A DNA stretch of 59,111 nt from Tolypothrix carrinoi HA7290-LM1 (GTDB lineage Bacteria > Cyanobacteriota > Cyanobacteriia > Cyanobacteriales > Nostocaceae): NCBI GenBank assembly GCA_019358935.1, contig JAHHIK010000048.1, forward strand, positions 1-59,111, in the 5' to 3' direction. This document shows, in pieces, positions 1-9,744 of the stretch; position 1 is the stretch's first letter, and every line of letters starts with the position of its first letter. Both the position numbers and the translations under genes were made by a program. The notes under the pieces are model-generated. The model saw only the letters and a program-made list of their open reading frames with translations. It did no database searches and was not told the DNA's origin.

Positions 1-160
1 GCATATATGGAAATTATTTCGTTTAGCATCTAGCCCTCCTTATTTTCTCTTCTTGGAGGGCATTTTATTGCTTTACTGTCCCAAAGCGATCGCCTAAATC
101 AATAACTAGCAACTTAGGTTAATAGGCGTTAAGGCAGTGAAGGAGAAGCGATCGTCTAAG

Positions 161-994
161 TTACTGTGTACTAGAAACGCCAGGAACGAGGGGCGTAGTG
201 GGCTTCGTTCCCAGTTGGAAGTCTCCGCCTGCGCCAGCAGGAATTTCTCCGGTGGGTCTGGCATTGCGGTCTACGCCAATGATAATGGATGCTAGGTAAT
301 AATCGGCTTCCTCCTTGATGTTGACGAACGACTCACGTCCATTGCCGTAACGCAGCGAGATGTCTGTGGTGTTGACCGTATCCCGCTCCACGGTACGGGT
401 GTTATACGGGGCTACATTCTTGAAAATGTATTCATTGATGGCGTCAATAAGATACAGCTGACCGATCAGCACAGTCTGCCGATCGAGGAAAACCTTGAGA
501 TGAATATGCGGCGTTCGTCCTGGATACCAGCCTGGGTAAATCGTGGTGAAAATTACCTGTCCCAGGTTATCGGTCATCTGGGTGCCACGCAGGAACGTCT
601 GTCCCGTTGTTGATGTAGCCCGATCGTCTCCTTGTCCTTCATAGCCGGAATATAAGCCAAGGCTATCGGAGTGCCAGACATCAACCCGCGCCCTGGGGAT
701 CGGGGTACAGCCCCTTGTATCAATCACCTGTAACAACAGTTTGAGCGGCACGCCCTCCTTCCCTTCGGTAATATCGGTGCGGAGCAGTTTGGGGTCGAAG
801 TAGTATGGACCTTCGACATCTTGAGGTGTCAGCACACAAGCCTTGGATTTGGGCAAAATATCACTGCTCCTGGCATCAGCCTTATGCCCTAGCACTTTCG
901 TCGCTTCCGTTGAGGCTAACAGCCCGGTTGTGAATAGCAGCGTATTGACCGTCTGCCGCCGAGTTATTTTGAAATGGTTAGAGTTATCAGTCAT
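161..994 (-). CDS. Intradiol ring-cleavage dioxygenase-like protein with a putative Tat signal
   Basis: Motifs EGPYY, VDVWHSD and PGWYPGRTPHIH carry the Tyr/Tyr/His/His Fe(III) ligands. The N-terminus has a twin Arg (TRRQT) followed by a hydrophobic stretch. Start at ATG 994 or 1003; the ORF-track extension to 1132 overlaps the tyrosinase. Confidence 0.85.
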   Translation of the reverse strand: MTDNSNHFKITRRQTVNTLLFTTGLLASTEATKVLGHKADARSSDILPKSKACVLTPQDVEGPYYFDPKLLRTDITEGKEGVPLKLLLQVIDTRGCTPIPRARVDVWHSDSLGLYSGYEGQGDDRATSTTGQTFLRGTQMTDNLGQVIFTTIYPGWYPGRTPHIHLKVFLDRQTVLIGQLYLIDAINEYIFKNVAPYNTRTVERDTVNTTDISLRYGNGRESFVNIKEEADYYLASIIIGVDRNARPTGEIPAGAGGDFQLGTKPTTPLVPGVSSTQ

Positions 995-1101
995 GAGTGC
1001 CATCTGGTAAAAATTTTCATCAATATCATACAACAGCCGAAACTTAAGGCTTGCGCCAGAGTATCGTGAATTTCCTGTGGCAAGCCTGTTATTTGCTACA
1101 A

Positions 1102-2022
1102 TTAAGCGTAGATATAACCAAGTTTTCGACAATTGAGAACTTGTGCCGGTCTAGCTTTTAGCTTAATAGTTTTGCCATCCCAGGGATACATTAAGTCGTA
1201 AAGATTGTGTCCCTCTGGTCCGTCACCAGTCGGTAAATATCCTTGACTTGGGTTCTTTTCTTGCCAGATTGCCCAGAGCCGATCTACGTTGCAATGATGC
1301 AGAAAAAAAACTGGATCGTTTGGCGAAACATTCACATTTACCATATCGCCCCCGATCCATGCATGAGCTTGATTGTGTAATTGGACAACGAACGATCCGT
1401 CTGGACCATTTGGTCCAGACGGAGCAAGAAAGCCTTCAAGCCGATTGCGATGGCTAGGATTGCTGTCTATATCCCACGGGGGGCTATCGTAAGGAGTTTC
1501 CCCAATTGAGGTATTCACATCATTTTGAGTTGGTAGTCCGGAAGTGAATGTACCAAACTGACGTTGTAAGCCTCCTTTAGGATTGCCATCCATATTAATG
1601 GTGATCCATTGATCGACCGAAAATGGACCAGTTTTGACTAAGTTATTATCCTGAGGGTCTCCATTACCTCCCATAAAGTCATCTGCCCAAATTGGTGAAT
1701 TGAAAGGATCAGAAGCATCTTGCGTCCAGTCCCAGTAGGGAATTGTTACACCAGGCACGCTTCTTTGTAATTGCTGTTCAAATCTGTGAAGATAATAGCG
1801 ATGCCAAGGAAGAAACGCAGGACCGACGTGGGCTGCATTACGGAAACCTTTGAGATCGCTTGGGTCGATACGAGAGGTTGCTAAACTATGCCAAAGCACA
1901 TACTCATCGTAGATACTACGACCAGTAAAACGACTCTTCCTAGTTTTGATTGCTTTGACTGCCTTTATGTAGTTTTGTTTTTCAGCCCTACTGAGATCCC
2001 GGAAATTTTTTCTAGTATTCAT
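1102..2022 (-). CDS. Tyrosinase (MelC2/TyrBm-like type-3 copper protein) without a signal peptide
   Basis: All six Cu-ligand His present: WHS, AAHVGPAFLPWHR, LHNQAH, DPVFFLHH. Also the IPYWDW motif. Confidence 0.93.
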   Translation of the reverse strand: MNTRKNFRDLSRAEKQNYIKAVKAIKTRKSRFTGRSIYDEYVLWHSLATSRIDPSDLKGFRNAAHVGPAFLPWHRYYLHRFEQQLQRSVPGVTIPYWDWTQDASDPFNSPIWADDFMGGNGDPQDNNLVKTGPFSVDQWITINMDGNPKGGLQRQFGTFTSGLPTQNDVNTSIGETPYDSPPWDIDSNPSHRNRLEGFLAPSGPNGPDGSFVVQLHNQAHAWIGGDMVNVNVSPNDPVFFLHHCNVDRLWAIWQEKNPSQGYLPTGDGPEGHNLYDLMYPWDGKTIKLKARPAQVLNCRKLGYIYA

Positions 2023-2083
2023 TTTCAACCTAAATTTTCTGGCAAAAGTTTCTTCAAATTTTTAACTGCATAGCCAAGATTTT

Positions 2084-2485
2084 TCAGTCCAGATTAGAAT
2101 CTATCTGTACCTCACCAGGATCGGGAAGCTTTATTCCCAAGTCTATTAATATTTTCGCTACTTCTTCCGGGGAGTTAAATTGACCAAACAAAAGAGGTGT
2201 CATGTATTTTTGTGTTTGAATATTGCGGGCAATCTTCACTCTTTTGCCATCAAGAAAAAGCTGAGTTTGTGTTTCAAATGTGGTGTCTCTAGCTGTAGGT
2301 GCCTGAGGTGTTATATCAGTGACAATCTTGTATTTTCTACCTTTGTATACTTCCTCAGATATTTCTTGAGTTTGAGCTTTACTAGTCGATAATTTGCCAA
2401 CAAATGTGAGACTTCCGGCAACTACTCCAATACCTACAAAGCTAATTAGGCTTAAAATTTGACGACGAGAAAAAGTAGAAAACAT
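2084..2485 (-). CDS. MelC1/caddie-like tyrosinase partner with Tat signal peptide
   Basis: SRRQIL twin-Arg signal plus hydrophobic region. EEVYKGRKYKI and LFLDG..K resemble Streptomyces MelC1 (EVYKGRRI, VFVDG). Lies directly upstream of the tyrosinase. Confidence 0.75.
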   Translation of the reverse strand: MFSTFSRRQILSLISFVGIGVVAGSLTFVGKLSTSKAQTQEISEEVYKGRKYKIVTDITPQAPTARDTTFETQTQLFLDGKRVKIARNIQTQKYMTPLLFGQFNSPEEVAKILIDLGIKLPDPGEVQIDSNLD

Positions 2486-2760
2486 CAATTTTACTCTTGA
2501 TATAGTTGACTGTATTTAGTTCTAATTACTAGAAAAAAATTATTATTTACTTGACTTGAACTTTCAGAAAAATTTGTCCAAAGTTAATTCAAGCAAAAGC
2601 GTCTATGTTAACTTGAGCTTGTGAAATTTCTTGCTTTTAGTACAACTGAATTTTGCTTTTACATAGCAAGAAAGATAATTTTATAAAATTAGCCCAACAT
2701 TGTCCCTAGCTAAATATTGGGTTTTAAACCTATCAAAATGTGAGGTCGCCAAGATGCAAA

Positions 2761-3390
2761 CTACAACCTGACAATTCCCCGATTGAGCGCGGTGACTAAG
2801 GCTTGAGTGCGATCGCTCACCTTCAATTTGCCGAAAATATTATTAGCATGGAACCTGACGGTACTCTCAGCGATATTCAGGACATTGCTAATTTGCTGGT
2901 TATTCTTGCCTTTTGCGATCAAACGCAGCACCTCCAACTCGCGATCGCTCAATTCTTCGTTGCTCATCCGCTCTGCTAGCTTGGCTGCTATAATCGGGGG
3001 AATATACTTTTGACCTTGATGAACAGTACGAATCGCATCCAAAAGTTCGTTCGGTTCAGCCCCCTTGAGGAGATAGCCCTTTGCACCGGAACGCAGTCCG
3101 CGATAGATATCTTCATCGCCATCAAAGCCAGATAACACAACGATCCGGGCGTGCTTAAACTTAGCACAGATAGCAGCGATCGCATCAGCACCTTCCATCT
3201 TCGGCATTTGCAAATCCATCAGCGCTACATCCGGCTGATGTTGGCGGAAAAGTTCTAACGCTTCTATACCGTCGCAAGCATGTCCGACTACAGTCATATC
3301 TGGCTCACATTCAAGAAACATTGTTAAAGCTTGTCCTAGAATCGGATGATCGTCAGCAATCAGGATGCGAATGACATTTGACTGGCTCAT
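2761..3390 (-). CDS. NarL/FixJ-family response regulator (REC + LuxR HTH)
   Basis: IADDH, MDLQMP, GYLLK and LSDRELEVL...ESTVRFH motifs. Confidence 0.93.
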   Translation of the reverse strand: MSQSNVIRILIADDHPILGQALTMFLECEPDMTVVGHACDGIEALELFRQHQPDVALMDLQMPKMEGADAIAAICAKFKHARIVVLSGFDGDEDIYRGLRSGAKGYLLKGAEPNELLDAIRTVHQGQKYIPPIIAAKLAERMSNEELSDRELEVLRLIAKGKNNQQISNVLNIAESTVRFHANNIFGKLKVSDRTQALVTALNRGIVRL

Positions 3391-3635
3391 GATCCTTTAC
3401 TTTCGGTAGATTAACACTGATACTAAGTTTCTTGATGAAGGCAAAGTTAAGCATAAATGAGCTTTTCTTCTATATTTTGATGGGTCTAAACAACATCAAT
3501 TTATGCAGTGTGGGATAAAAATCGGAACAATATTAGCAAATAGCTGACACAATCAACCCCAAGCGAACATTTTATCACGCTGACACGTCTGTTAGTACAC
3601 GCATTGCACGTCTTGCGATCGCGAAATATTTAACT

Positions 3636-3922
3636 TTGACTCTGCGACTCTCTGCGCTTACTCTGCTACAGGAGTGCGTTTAAAAACGCGATCGTATTAA
3701 TGCAAAGCTGTAATTACTCCCTTCTGGCTCGAAAAATACCTATTTAACGAACCGCAAAGACACGAAGTACACAAAGGAAGAAGAGAAAGAAGATAGGTAA
3801 TCTTGTAGCGGTCCGGGAGTAGCCCACGCAGGTGGAGAGAAGTTTGAGCGGAGGTTTCCTCCGATCAAACCTTCGGAGCTAATTACGCACAACGCCCCAG
3901 GCTTCGGTGCCTGAGGGCTTCA
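3636..3922. repeat. Cluster of small dispersed repeats and hairpins downstream of mtnA
   Basis: CTCTGCG-type core, an AACGAACCGC core flanked by TACTCCC...GGGAGTA, and hairpins at 3843-3870 and 3894-3920. Confidence 0.55.
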
Positions 3923-3925
3923 GAT

Positions 3926-4984
3926 TTAAACCATTTGCTTAGAGGAAAACTTTTGTAACTCCCCAGGAGCAAATGCACCATGTTCGGTGATAATTGCTGT
4001 AATTAATTCTGCTGGAGTCACATCAAAAGCTGGATTATAAAATTCAGCCCCAGTTGGTGTCAAGATAGTTTCACCAACTTGATATATTTCGCTTGCATCG
4101 CGTTCTTCAATCGGAATTTCACTACCATCAGCTAATTGAAAATCAACTGTCGAAAGTGGCGCCGCGACGAAGAAGGGAATGTTATGTGCCTTTGCCACAA
4201 GTGCTAAACTATACGTGCCAATTTTGTTAGCTGCATCCCCGTTGGCGGCGATTCTGTCAGCACCCACGACTACAGCGTGAATCAAGCCCTGCTTCATGCA
4301 ATGAGCCGCCATGTTATCTGTAATTACCGTAACCGGAATGCCTTCTTGGACACATTCCCAAGCGGTGAGTTTTGCACCTTGCAGTCTGGGACGGGTTTCG
4401 TCAGCAAAAACACGCGCTAAACGTCCTTCACGCCATGCGGAACGCACTACACCCAATGCTGTACCATAACCAGCAGTAGCTAAAGCTCCAGCGTTGCAGT
4501 GAGTGTGAATTGTTAACTGTTCTGGGGTAGCAGGTAAGACTTTTAAACCATTGTCGCCGATCGCCTGACAAGTTTGCAAATCTTCGGCATTGATAATTTG
4601 GGCAGTTTTCAGAAGGATTTTTTTGATATCTTCTACAGTTCCCACAGTTTCGTAAGCAGTTTTCTTCATACGGGAAATTGCCCAAAATAGATTTACCGCA
4701 GTTGGACGAGTAGAAGCCAACATTTGAGCGACTTTTTCCAAAGAATCGAAAAATTGAGCGCGGTTATCTGTCTCAATTTCCCTCGCACCAAGATACATTC
4801 CATAAGCTGCTGCAACACCAATTGCCGGCGCACCTCGAACTATCATAGTTTTAATTGCCCGCGCCATATCTTCACTGCGGTGAATTTCGACAACAGCATA
4901 CTCATTCGGTAAACGAGTTTGATCAATGAGTGAAACCGAGTCGTTGTGCCAAATAACCGGATAAACTTGATTCGTCTGATTCAT
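3926..4984 (-). CDS. mtnA: S-methyl-5-thioribose-1-phosphate isomerase
   Basis: [33 protein letters not shown] and NPAFDVTP motifs. Confidence 0.97.
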   Translation of the reverse strand: MNQTNQVYPVIWHNDSVSLIDQTRLPNEYAVVEIHRSEDMARAIKTMIVRGAPAIGVAAAYGMYLGAREIETDNRAQFFDSLEKVAQMLASTRPTAVNLFWAISRMKKTAYETVGTVEDIKKILLKTAQIINAEDLQTCQAIGDNGLKVLPATPEQLTIHTHCNAGALATAGYGTALGVVRSAWREGRLARVFADETRPRLQGAKLTAWECVQEGIPVTVITDNMAAHCMKQGLIHAVVVGADRIAANGDAANKIGTYSLALVAKAHNIPFFVAAPLSTVDFQLADGSEIPIEERDASEIYQVGETILTPTGAEFYNPAFDVTPAELITAIITEHGAFAPGELQKFSSKQMV

Positions 4985-5085
4985 GGTTAAAAATTAGAGA
5001 TTGTAGTATCTCGCAACAAAATACCAACTTGTAGTACGGTGGGCAATACCTGTATGTAATTACAGTATAGTTAAAGAGCGAAAAT

Positions 5086-6009
5086 CTACTGCTGCTGACT
5101 GTCGTTTTTAGTTGAATTATTTTGTCTTTTTCTACCAAGAAGGTTGCCGAAAATTTTCTGGATAAAAGCTATAACTACTATTACTCCAATTATCAGAAAT
5201 TTCTTGGCAGCAAGAAGTGCTAACAGTATACCTTTGAATAAACCAGTTTTTACTGCGACACCACCACCAATTAAAGCTGCTATCCCGTAGCTGGCAATTT
5301 TATCGGAATTCGGATTGAAATCTTCATAGCGATAGCCAGGATTAAATGCCACGCTAGAAAGAACTTTCGGACTGTCTTTCTCAATTAAATTGAGTTGTTC
5401 TAAACCTGCAACTGCATTTAAAACTAACACTCCTTTACGTCCCAAAACGCGAATGTTGTAGTTGAGGGTGTGTTCGTCGCTGTCGCTAACCTTAAAGTCT
5501 TTTGCCCAGTGTAATTTATGATGTGCTTTATCGTAGAAAGGTTGTTTTGCCCAGCCAACTATTTCAATTGCCGGATATCCTTGTTTGACTCGCTGTTCAT
5601 TTCTTTCCTTCGTCGCTTCTTGCATTGTTTTCAGCAGTTTGCTGTAATCGATGCTTTCAGCTTCATCGTCTTTGACATAACCATCTTCTTGATAGGTAAT
5701 GACAACACCCCAGGAATTTTTTGATAGAGGATTAAATTTAGCTGGTACTAGCATTCCTAAAGTACCATCGCCAGATGGATTTCCCCATATTTTTTCTAAG
5801 ACAATTTGCGTTTGCTGAGAATTCAGATATCGTAACTCGGCAGGGACATTTACTGTAGCGACTCCGGACTGCAATGTGATTTTACCTGTTTCATATTTAA
5901 GCTGACTGGCAAGCAATTCTAGATTATCTGCGCCTAGGGCAATATTCGATAACCCAATTACTAATATAAACGATGCGATCGCCAAAATAACTCGCTGAAG
6001 AATTCGCAT
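5086..6009 (-). CDS. DUF2167-family membrane-anchored protein
   Basis: Signal peptide; GYVKDD, LHWAK and NYNIRVLGRKGVLVLNAV motifs; C-terminal TM segment. Confidence 0.85.
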   Translation of the reverse strand: MRILQRVILAIASFILVIGLSNIALGADNLELLASQLKYETGKITLQSGVATVNVPAELRYLNSQQTQIVLEKIWGNPSGDGTLGMLVPAKFNPLSKNSWGVVITYQEDGYVKDDEAESIDYSKLLKTMQEATKERNEQRVKQGYPAIEIVGWAKQPFYDKAHHKLHWAKDFKVSDSDEHTLNYNIRVLGRKGVLVLNAVAGLEQLNLIEKDSPKVLSSVAFNPGYRYEDFNPNSDKIASYGIAALIGGGVAVKTGLFKGILLALLAAKKFLIIGVIVVIAFIQKIFGNLLGRKRQNNSTKNDSQQQ

Positions 6010-6074
6010 ATTGCTCCCCCGTGTGTAAATAATTACGTGAATTGTGATGTTTCACGATAATCTATGTGCTTTAC

Positions 6075-6441
6075 CAAAAATTTGGGTTTAAAGCCTCGCC
6101 TTTCTAAGGCGACTTTTGATTTTGAGTTAGAAATATGGTATTATACTAATGCCCGTAGTCTAGAAGGCTCACGCGCAACGCAAAATTGGGTTTTCCCCAA
6201 CTACAATGCACAAGCTAGTGCGACATAGTGTAGGAAAGAGAAAAGGCAATTGAATAAATCTTTTCAAACGCGGTCGGGCAGCGCCACTTCCCACAACGGG
6301 GGGAACCCCCGCAAGGGAGTGGCTTGTCCGTGTGCGCTTGTGGACGTATCCAAACGGGGATATTTAGATGTTCGCATTTAGGTATCTAGGGAGGACGGAT
6401 GAAGCAAGAATCCTCGCACCTTTAGGTGCGAGGAGTGTCAA
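6075..6441 (+). mobile_element. Non-autonomous IS200/IS605-family element (no tnpA/tnpB) retaining both ends
   Basis: Target TTAC at 6071-6074; AAAG (6090-6093) plus left-end hairpin; GAAT (6408-6411) plus right-end hairpin 6411-6434; terminal TCAA 6438-6441. These are the four IS608 end tetranucleotides. Confidence 0.85.
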
Positions 6442-6461
6442 AAAGGGGGATGCAATAATTG
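6268..6461 (+). ncRNA. Putative TnpB omega/reRNA scaffold plus flanking guide
   Basis: GCTTGTGGA...GAAGCAAGAATC arrangement, a 12-bp stem with UUCG loop (about 6359-6386) containing G-U pairs, and the right-end hairpin. The 5' boundary is approximate. Confidence 0.6.
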
Positions 6462-6558
6462 CGGAAATTTTCATTCGTATCGTATAAATAAATCAAATTG
6501 AAAATAGGTAATTGTATTTACGTTATTTCTAAATGCATTTACTATTACCTATTACCGA

Positions 6559-6594
6559 GTAGTTAGCGCAAAGAGCGCTCTTTGCGCCGACTAC
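6559..6594. repeat. GTAG-flanked REP-like palindrome
   Basis: GTAGTTAGCGCAAAGAG-CG-CTCTTTGCGCCGACTAC. Confidence 0.6.
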
Positions 6595-6644
6595 AAATTT
6601 CAAAACCGCCTTAACAAACGTGCCATTTATTACCGAATCGCTTT

Positions 6645-8552
6645 TTAACCCACAGGTGACGGTTGCTTACTAAAGAAAGCTTTCATCACCGTTTCCGCCA
6701 TTTGCGGACTAGTTAAACCTAAGGAAGCCTTAGATTCATTCGGTTCGGCATGATCTACCAAAATATCTGGTACACCAATTCGCTTCACGGGAACCACAAT
6801 ATCAGCATCTAACAGCGCTTCTGCTACTGCTGAACCGAAGCCACCCATGAGACAGCCTTCTTCTAAAGTGACAACGCGCCCGATTTTTTTCGCCAAAGGT
6901 AAAATTAATTCTGTATCCAGAGGCTTGACAAAACGAGCATTTATGACAGTGGCTTGTATTCCGTGTTCGTTGAGAATCTCGGCAACTTGCATCGCTGGGT
7001 AAACCATTGTGCCGTAACCTAGCAACAACACATCATCGCCATTGCGGAGAATTTCGCCTTTGCCGATTTCCAGAGGTTCCCAGCCTTCTTCCATCAAGGG
7101 AACACCATAACCATTACCGCGAGGAGTACGCATAGCGATCGGTCCAGAGGTATGGTTAATCCCAGTCACCACCATTCGTTGCAATTCCGCTTCATCTTTG
7201 GGTGCCATCACCACGATATTGGGAATACAACGCAGATAGGCGATATCATACATACCTTGGTGCGTCGGACCATCCGCACCGACAATTCCCGCCCGATCCA
7301 TACAGAAGAACACAGGCAAGTTTTGGATGCAGACATCGTGAATTATTTGGTCGAAGGCGCGTTGCAAAAAGGTAGAATAAATGGCAACCACAGGGCGTAT
7401 ACCTTCTGCTGCGAGTCCTGCTGACATTGTAACGGCGTGTTGTTCGGCAATACCGACATCAATATATTGATCGGGCAATTTTGCTTGAAGTTTGTCTAAA
7501 CCTGTTCCTGTAGCCATCGCTGCCGTGATGCCGATGATTTTCGGGTTTTGTTCGGCGAGTTTCACTAAGGTGTGGGCAAAGACTTTGGCGTAAGCTGGCG
7601 GTTTGGGTTTGCTGGAAGGAACGGCTTTGCCAGTTAGCACATTAAACGGATTTTGGGCATGGTAGCCTACTTTGTCTAGTTCGGCGATTTCATAACCTTT
7701 GCCTTTTGTGGTGGCTACATGCACCAACACAGGACCGGTCATCTTATGTGCCTGTTCAAAGGTGGCGATTAATTCTTCTAAATTATGCCCGTCTACAGGT
7801 CCCATGTAGGTAAAGCCGAGTTCTTCAAAGACTGCGCCGACTTTGGGAACGGCTAACCGCTTCATTCCTTCTTTGATGCGTTCTAATTCCGGTGAAAGAG
7901 ATTCTCCAACAAAGGGAATTTGCTTGACTTGTTCCTCAAAGTTATCTTTGATAAATTGTACTGGGGGACTGAGACGCATTTTGTTGAGGTAACGAGGAAT
8001 CGCCCCAACGTTAGGAGAAATTGACATTTCGTTGTCGTTGAGGACAACTAATAAGTTAGTTTTGGGCAAGTGTCCAGCATGGTTGATGCATTCTAACGCC
8101 ATACCGCCAGTTAGCGCACCATCACCGATAATGGCGACAACTTTAAATTTTTCGCCTTTCATATCTCGCGCTAAAGCCATACCCAATGCCGCTGAGATAC
8201 TGGTTGAAGCATGTCCCGCGCCAAAGTGGTCAAACTTACTTTCACCGCGCTTGAGATAACCGGCAATTCCGTCTTTTTGCCGCAAGGTGTGGAAATTATC
8301 GTAACGCCCTGTAATTAGTTTATGGGGATAAGCTTGGTGTCCGACATCCCAAATGACTTTATCACAATCTAAATCTAGTGTCTGATAAAGCCCTAGGGTT
8401 AACTCTACAACACCTAACCCCGGTCCCAGATGTCCCCCAGTTGCGGCTACGGTTTGCAGATGCTTATCCCGAATTTGACGGGCAATTTGCTGCAACTGCC
8501 TAATCGATAAGCCGTGTAACTGGTTGGGATGGGTAATTTCACTCAGGTGCAT
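6645..8552 (-). CDS. dxs: 1-deoxy-D-xylulose-5-phosphate synthase
   Basis: [30 protein letters not shown] and DGPTHQG motifs. Confidence 0.98.
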   Translation of the reverse strand: MHLSEITHPNQLHGLSIRQLQQIARQIRDKHLQTVAATGGHLGPGLGVVELTLGLYQTLDLDCDKVIWDVGHQAYPHKLITGRYDNFHTLRQKDGIAGYLKRGESKFDHFGAGHASTSISAALGMALARDMKGEKFKVVAIIGDGALTGGMALECINHAGHLPKTNLLVVLNDNEMSISPNVGAIPRYLNKMRLSPPVQFIKDNFEEQVKQIPFVGESLSPELERIKEGMKRLAVPKVGAVFEELGFTYMGPVDGHNLEELIATFEQAHKMTGPVLVHVATTKGKGYEIAELDKVGYHAQNPFNVLTGKAVPSSKPKPPAYAKVFAHTLVKLAEQNPKIIGITAAMATGTGLDKLQAKLPDQYIDVGIAEQHAVTMSAGLAAEGIRPVVAIYSTFLQRAFDQIIHDVCIQNLPVFFCMDRAGIVGADGPTHQGMYDIAYLRCIPNIVVMAPKDEAELQRMVVTGINHTSGPIAMRTPRGNGYGVPLMEEGWEPLEIGKGEILRNGDDVLLLGYGTMVYPAMQVAEILNEHGIQATVINARFVKPLDTELILPLAKKIGRVVTLEEGCLMGGFGSAVAEALLDADIVVPVKRIGVPDILVDHAEPNESKASLGLTSPQMAETVMKAFFSKQPSPVG

Positions 8553-8632
8553 ACTAATAGGTTTTCCTCTCTACTGATCGTATTATGATTTTCCCACGCT
8601 GATGTTGCCACTTGAGAGAAAAGGTGACAATA

Positions 8633-8794
8633 GGGGCATGGGGCATGGGGCATGGGGCAATGGGCATGGGGCATGGGGCAATGGGCAAGAAAGAGGGGGA
8701 AAGGGAAAAGGGTAAAGGGTAAAGGGCAAGAAAGAAGAAATATTTCTCCCCAGCTCCCCATGCCCCATGCCCTATGCCCCATGCCCCATTACCC
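8633..8794. repeat. STRR arrays (GGGGCAT / AAAGGGG / ATGCCCC)
   Basis: 7-bp tandem units in inverted orientation. Confidence 0.9.
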
Positions 8795-8798
8795 ACTG

Positions 8799-9461
8799 TC
8801 ATTTATTCGGCGCTGCTGGTGCTTCTGGTGTTTCGGGTTGTGGCTGTTGTCTTTGCAAATATTTACTCAAGACGTATGCCATATCCCCGCGTGTCATCGG
8901 TTTTAATGGGGCTATATTACCTTGTGCGTCTGTGTTGACGAATCCTTCACTAATTACTGTGGCGATCGCTTTTTTTGCCCAATCAGGAATTGTCTGCGCG
9001 TCTGGGTGAGAAGCAAGAATTTCATTTACTGTATCGTCGGGAAACTGAAATACACCATAAGCTTGGGCAAAAATCGCTAAAGCTTCTGCCCTTGTCACTT
9101 TTTGGTTGGGGAAAAACATATTTCCCCGATAGCCTTTCATAATCTCAGTTTTTAAGACTATTTGAATATCATTAAATGCTGGATTTGACGGCGCTACATC
9201 GGGAACTACTAGATTTTCTTTACTAATAGCCTGTCTTTTATCCAGTCGAAAGGCTTTCACCATAATCGAAGCTAATTCGGCACGACTGATTAACCTTTCT
9301 GTATAAAAGTTCCCATCAGGATAGTTGGTCATTAACTTTGCTGCAATTACCTGCTGAATTGAATCAAATGGTATAGCAGCTTGCGCGTTAACACGCAGCG
9401 GAAAATATTGTATTGCTACTATCGTAATAGTACTTAGTAGCTTATGCATGATTTTAACCAT
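8799..9461 (-). CDS. S-layer homology (SLH) domain protein
   Basis: Signal peptide and three SLH repeats (ISRAELA, VTRAEAL, MTRGDMA). Start may be ATG 9449. Confidence 0.9.
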   Translation of the reverse strand: MVKIMHKLLSTITIVAIQYFPLRVNAQAAIPFDSIQQVIAAKLMTNYPDGNFYTERLISRAELASIMVKAFRLDKRQAISKENLVVPDVAPSNPAFNDIQIVLKTEIMKGYRGNMFFPNQKVTRAEALAIFAQAYGVFQFPDDTVNEILASHPDAQTIPDWAKKAIATVISEGFVNTDAQGNIAPLKPMTRGDMAYVLSKYLQRQQPQPETPEAPAAPNK

Positions 9462-9560
9462 TTTTATAATGCAAATGCGGTACTTTGGTTAACATCAATT
9501 GTGATTAACTTATCTGGTGACGAATTGATGCTTGGCGATGTTGCCAACCCGCGAGAAGAA

Positions 9561-9675
9561 GGGGGAAGGGGAAAGGGGAAAGGGGAAGGGGGAATGGGGA
9601 ATGGGGAATGGGGAATGGGGAATGGGGAATGGGGAATGGGGAAAGGGGAAAGGGGAAAGGGGAAAGGTAAAAGGT
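9561..9675. repeat. STRR array (GGGGAAA / GGGGAAT)
   Basis: 7-bp tandem units. Confidence 0.9.
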
Positions 9676-9744
9676 AATAGATTTTTACTTTTACCTACTC
9701 TGTTATTTTGCCGGACTGTAACGGGGATGACAGTCTTTCAAAGG

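Noticed and set aside
1102..2022. Scytonemin-cluster tyrosinase
   Set aside because: No scy/ebo or aromatic biosynthesis genes are adjacent in the window; the context is melC-like.
6075..6441. IStron / group I intron or tRNA
   Set aside because: No recognisable group I core or tRNA cloverleaf could be identified by eye.
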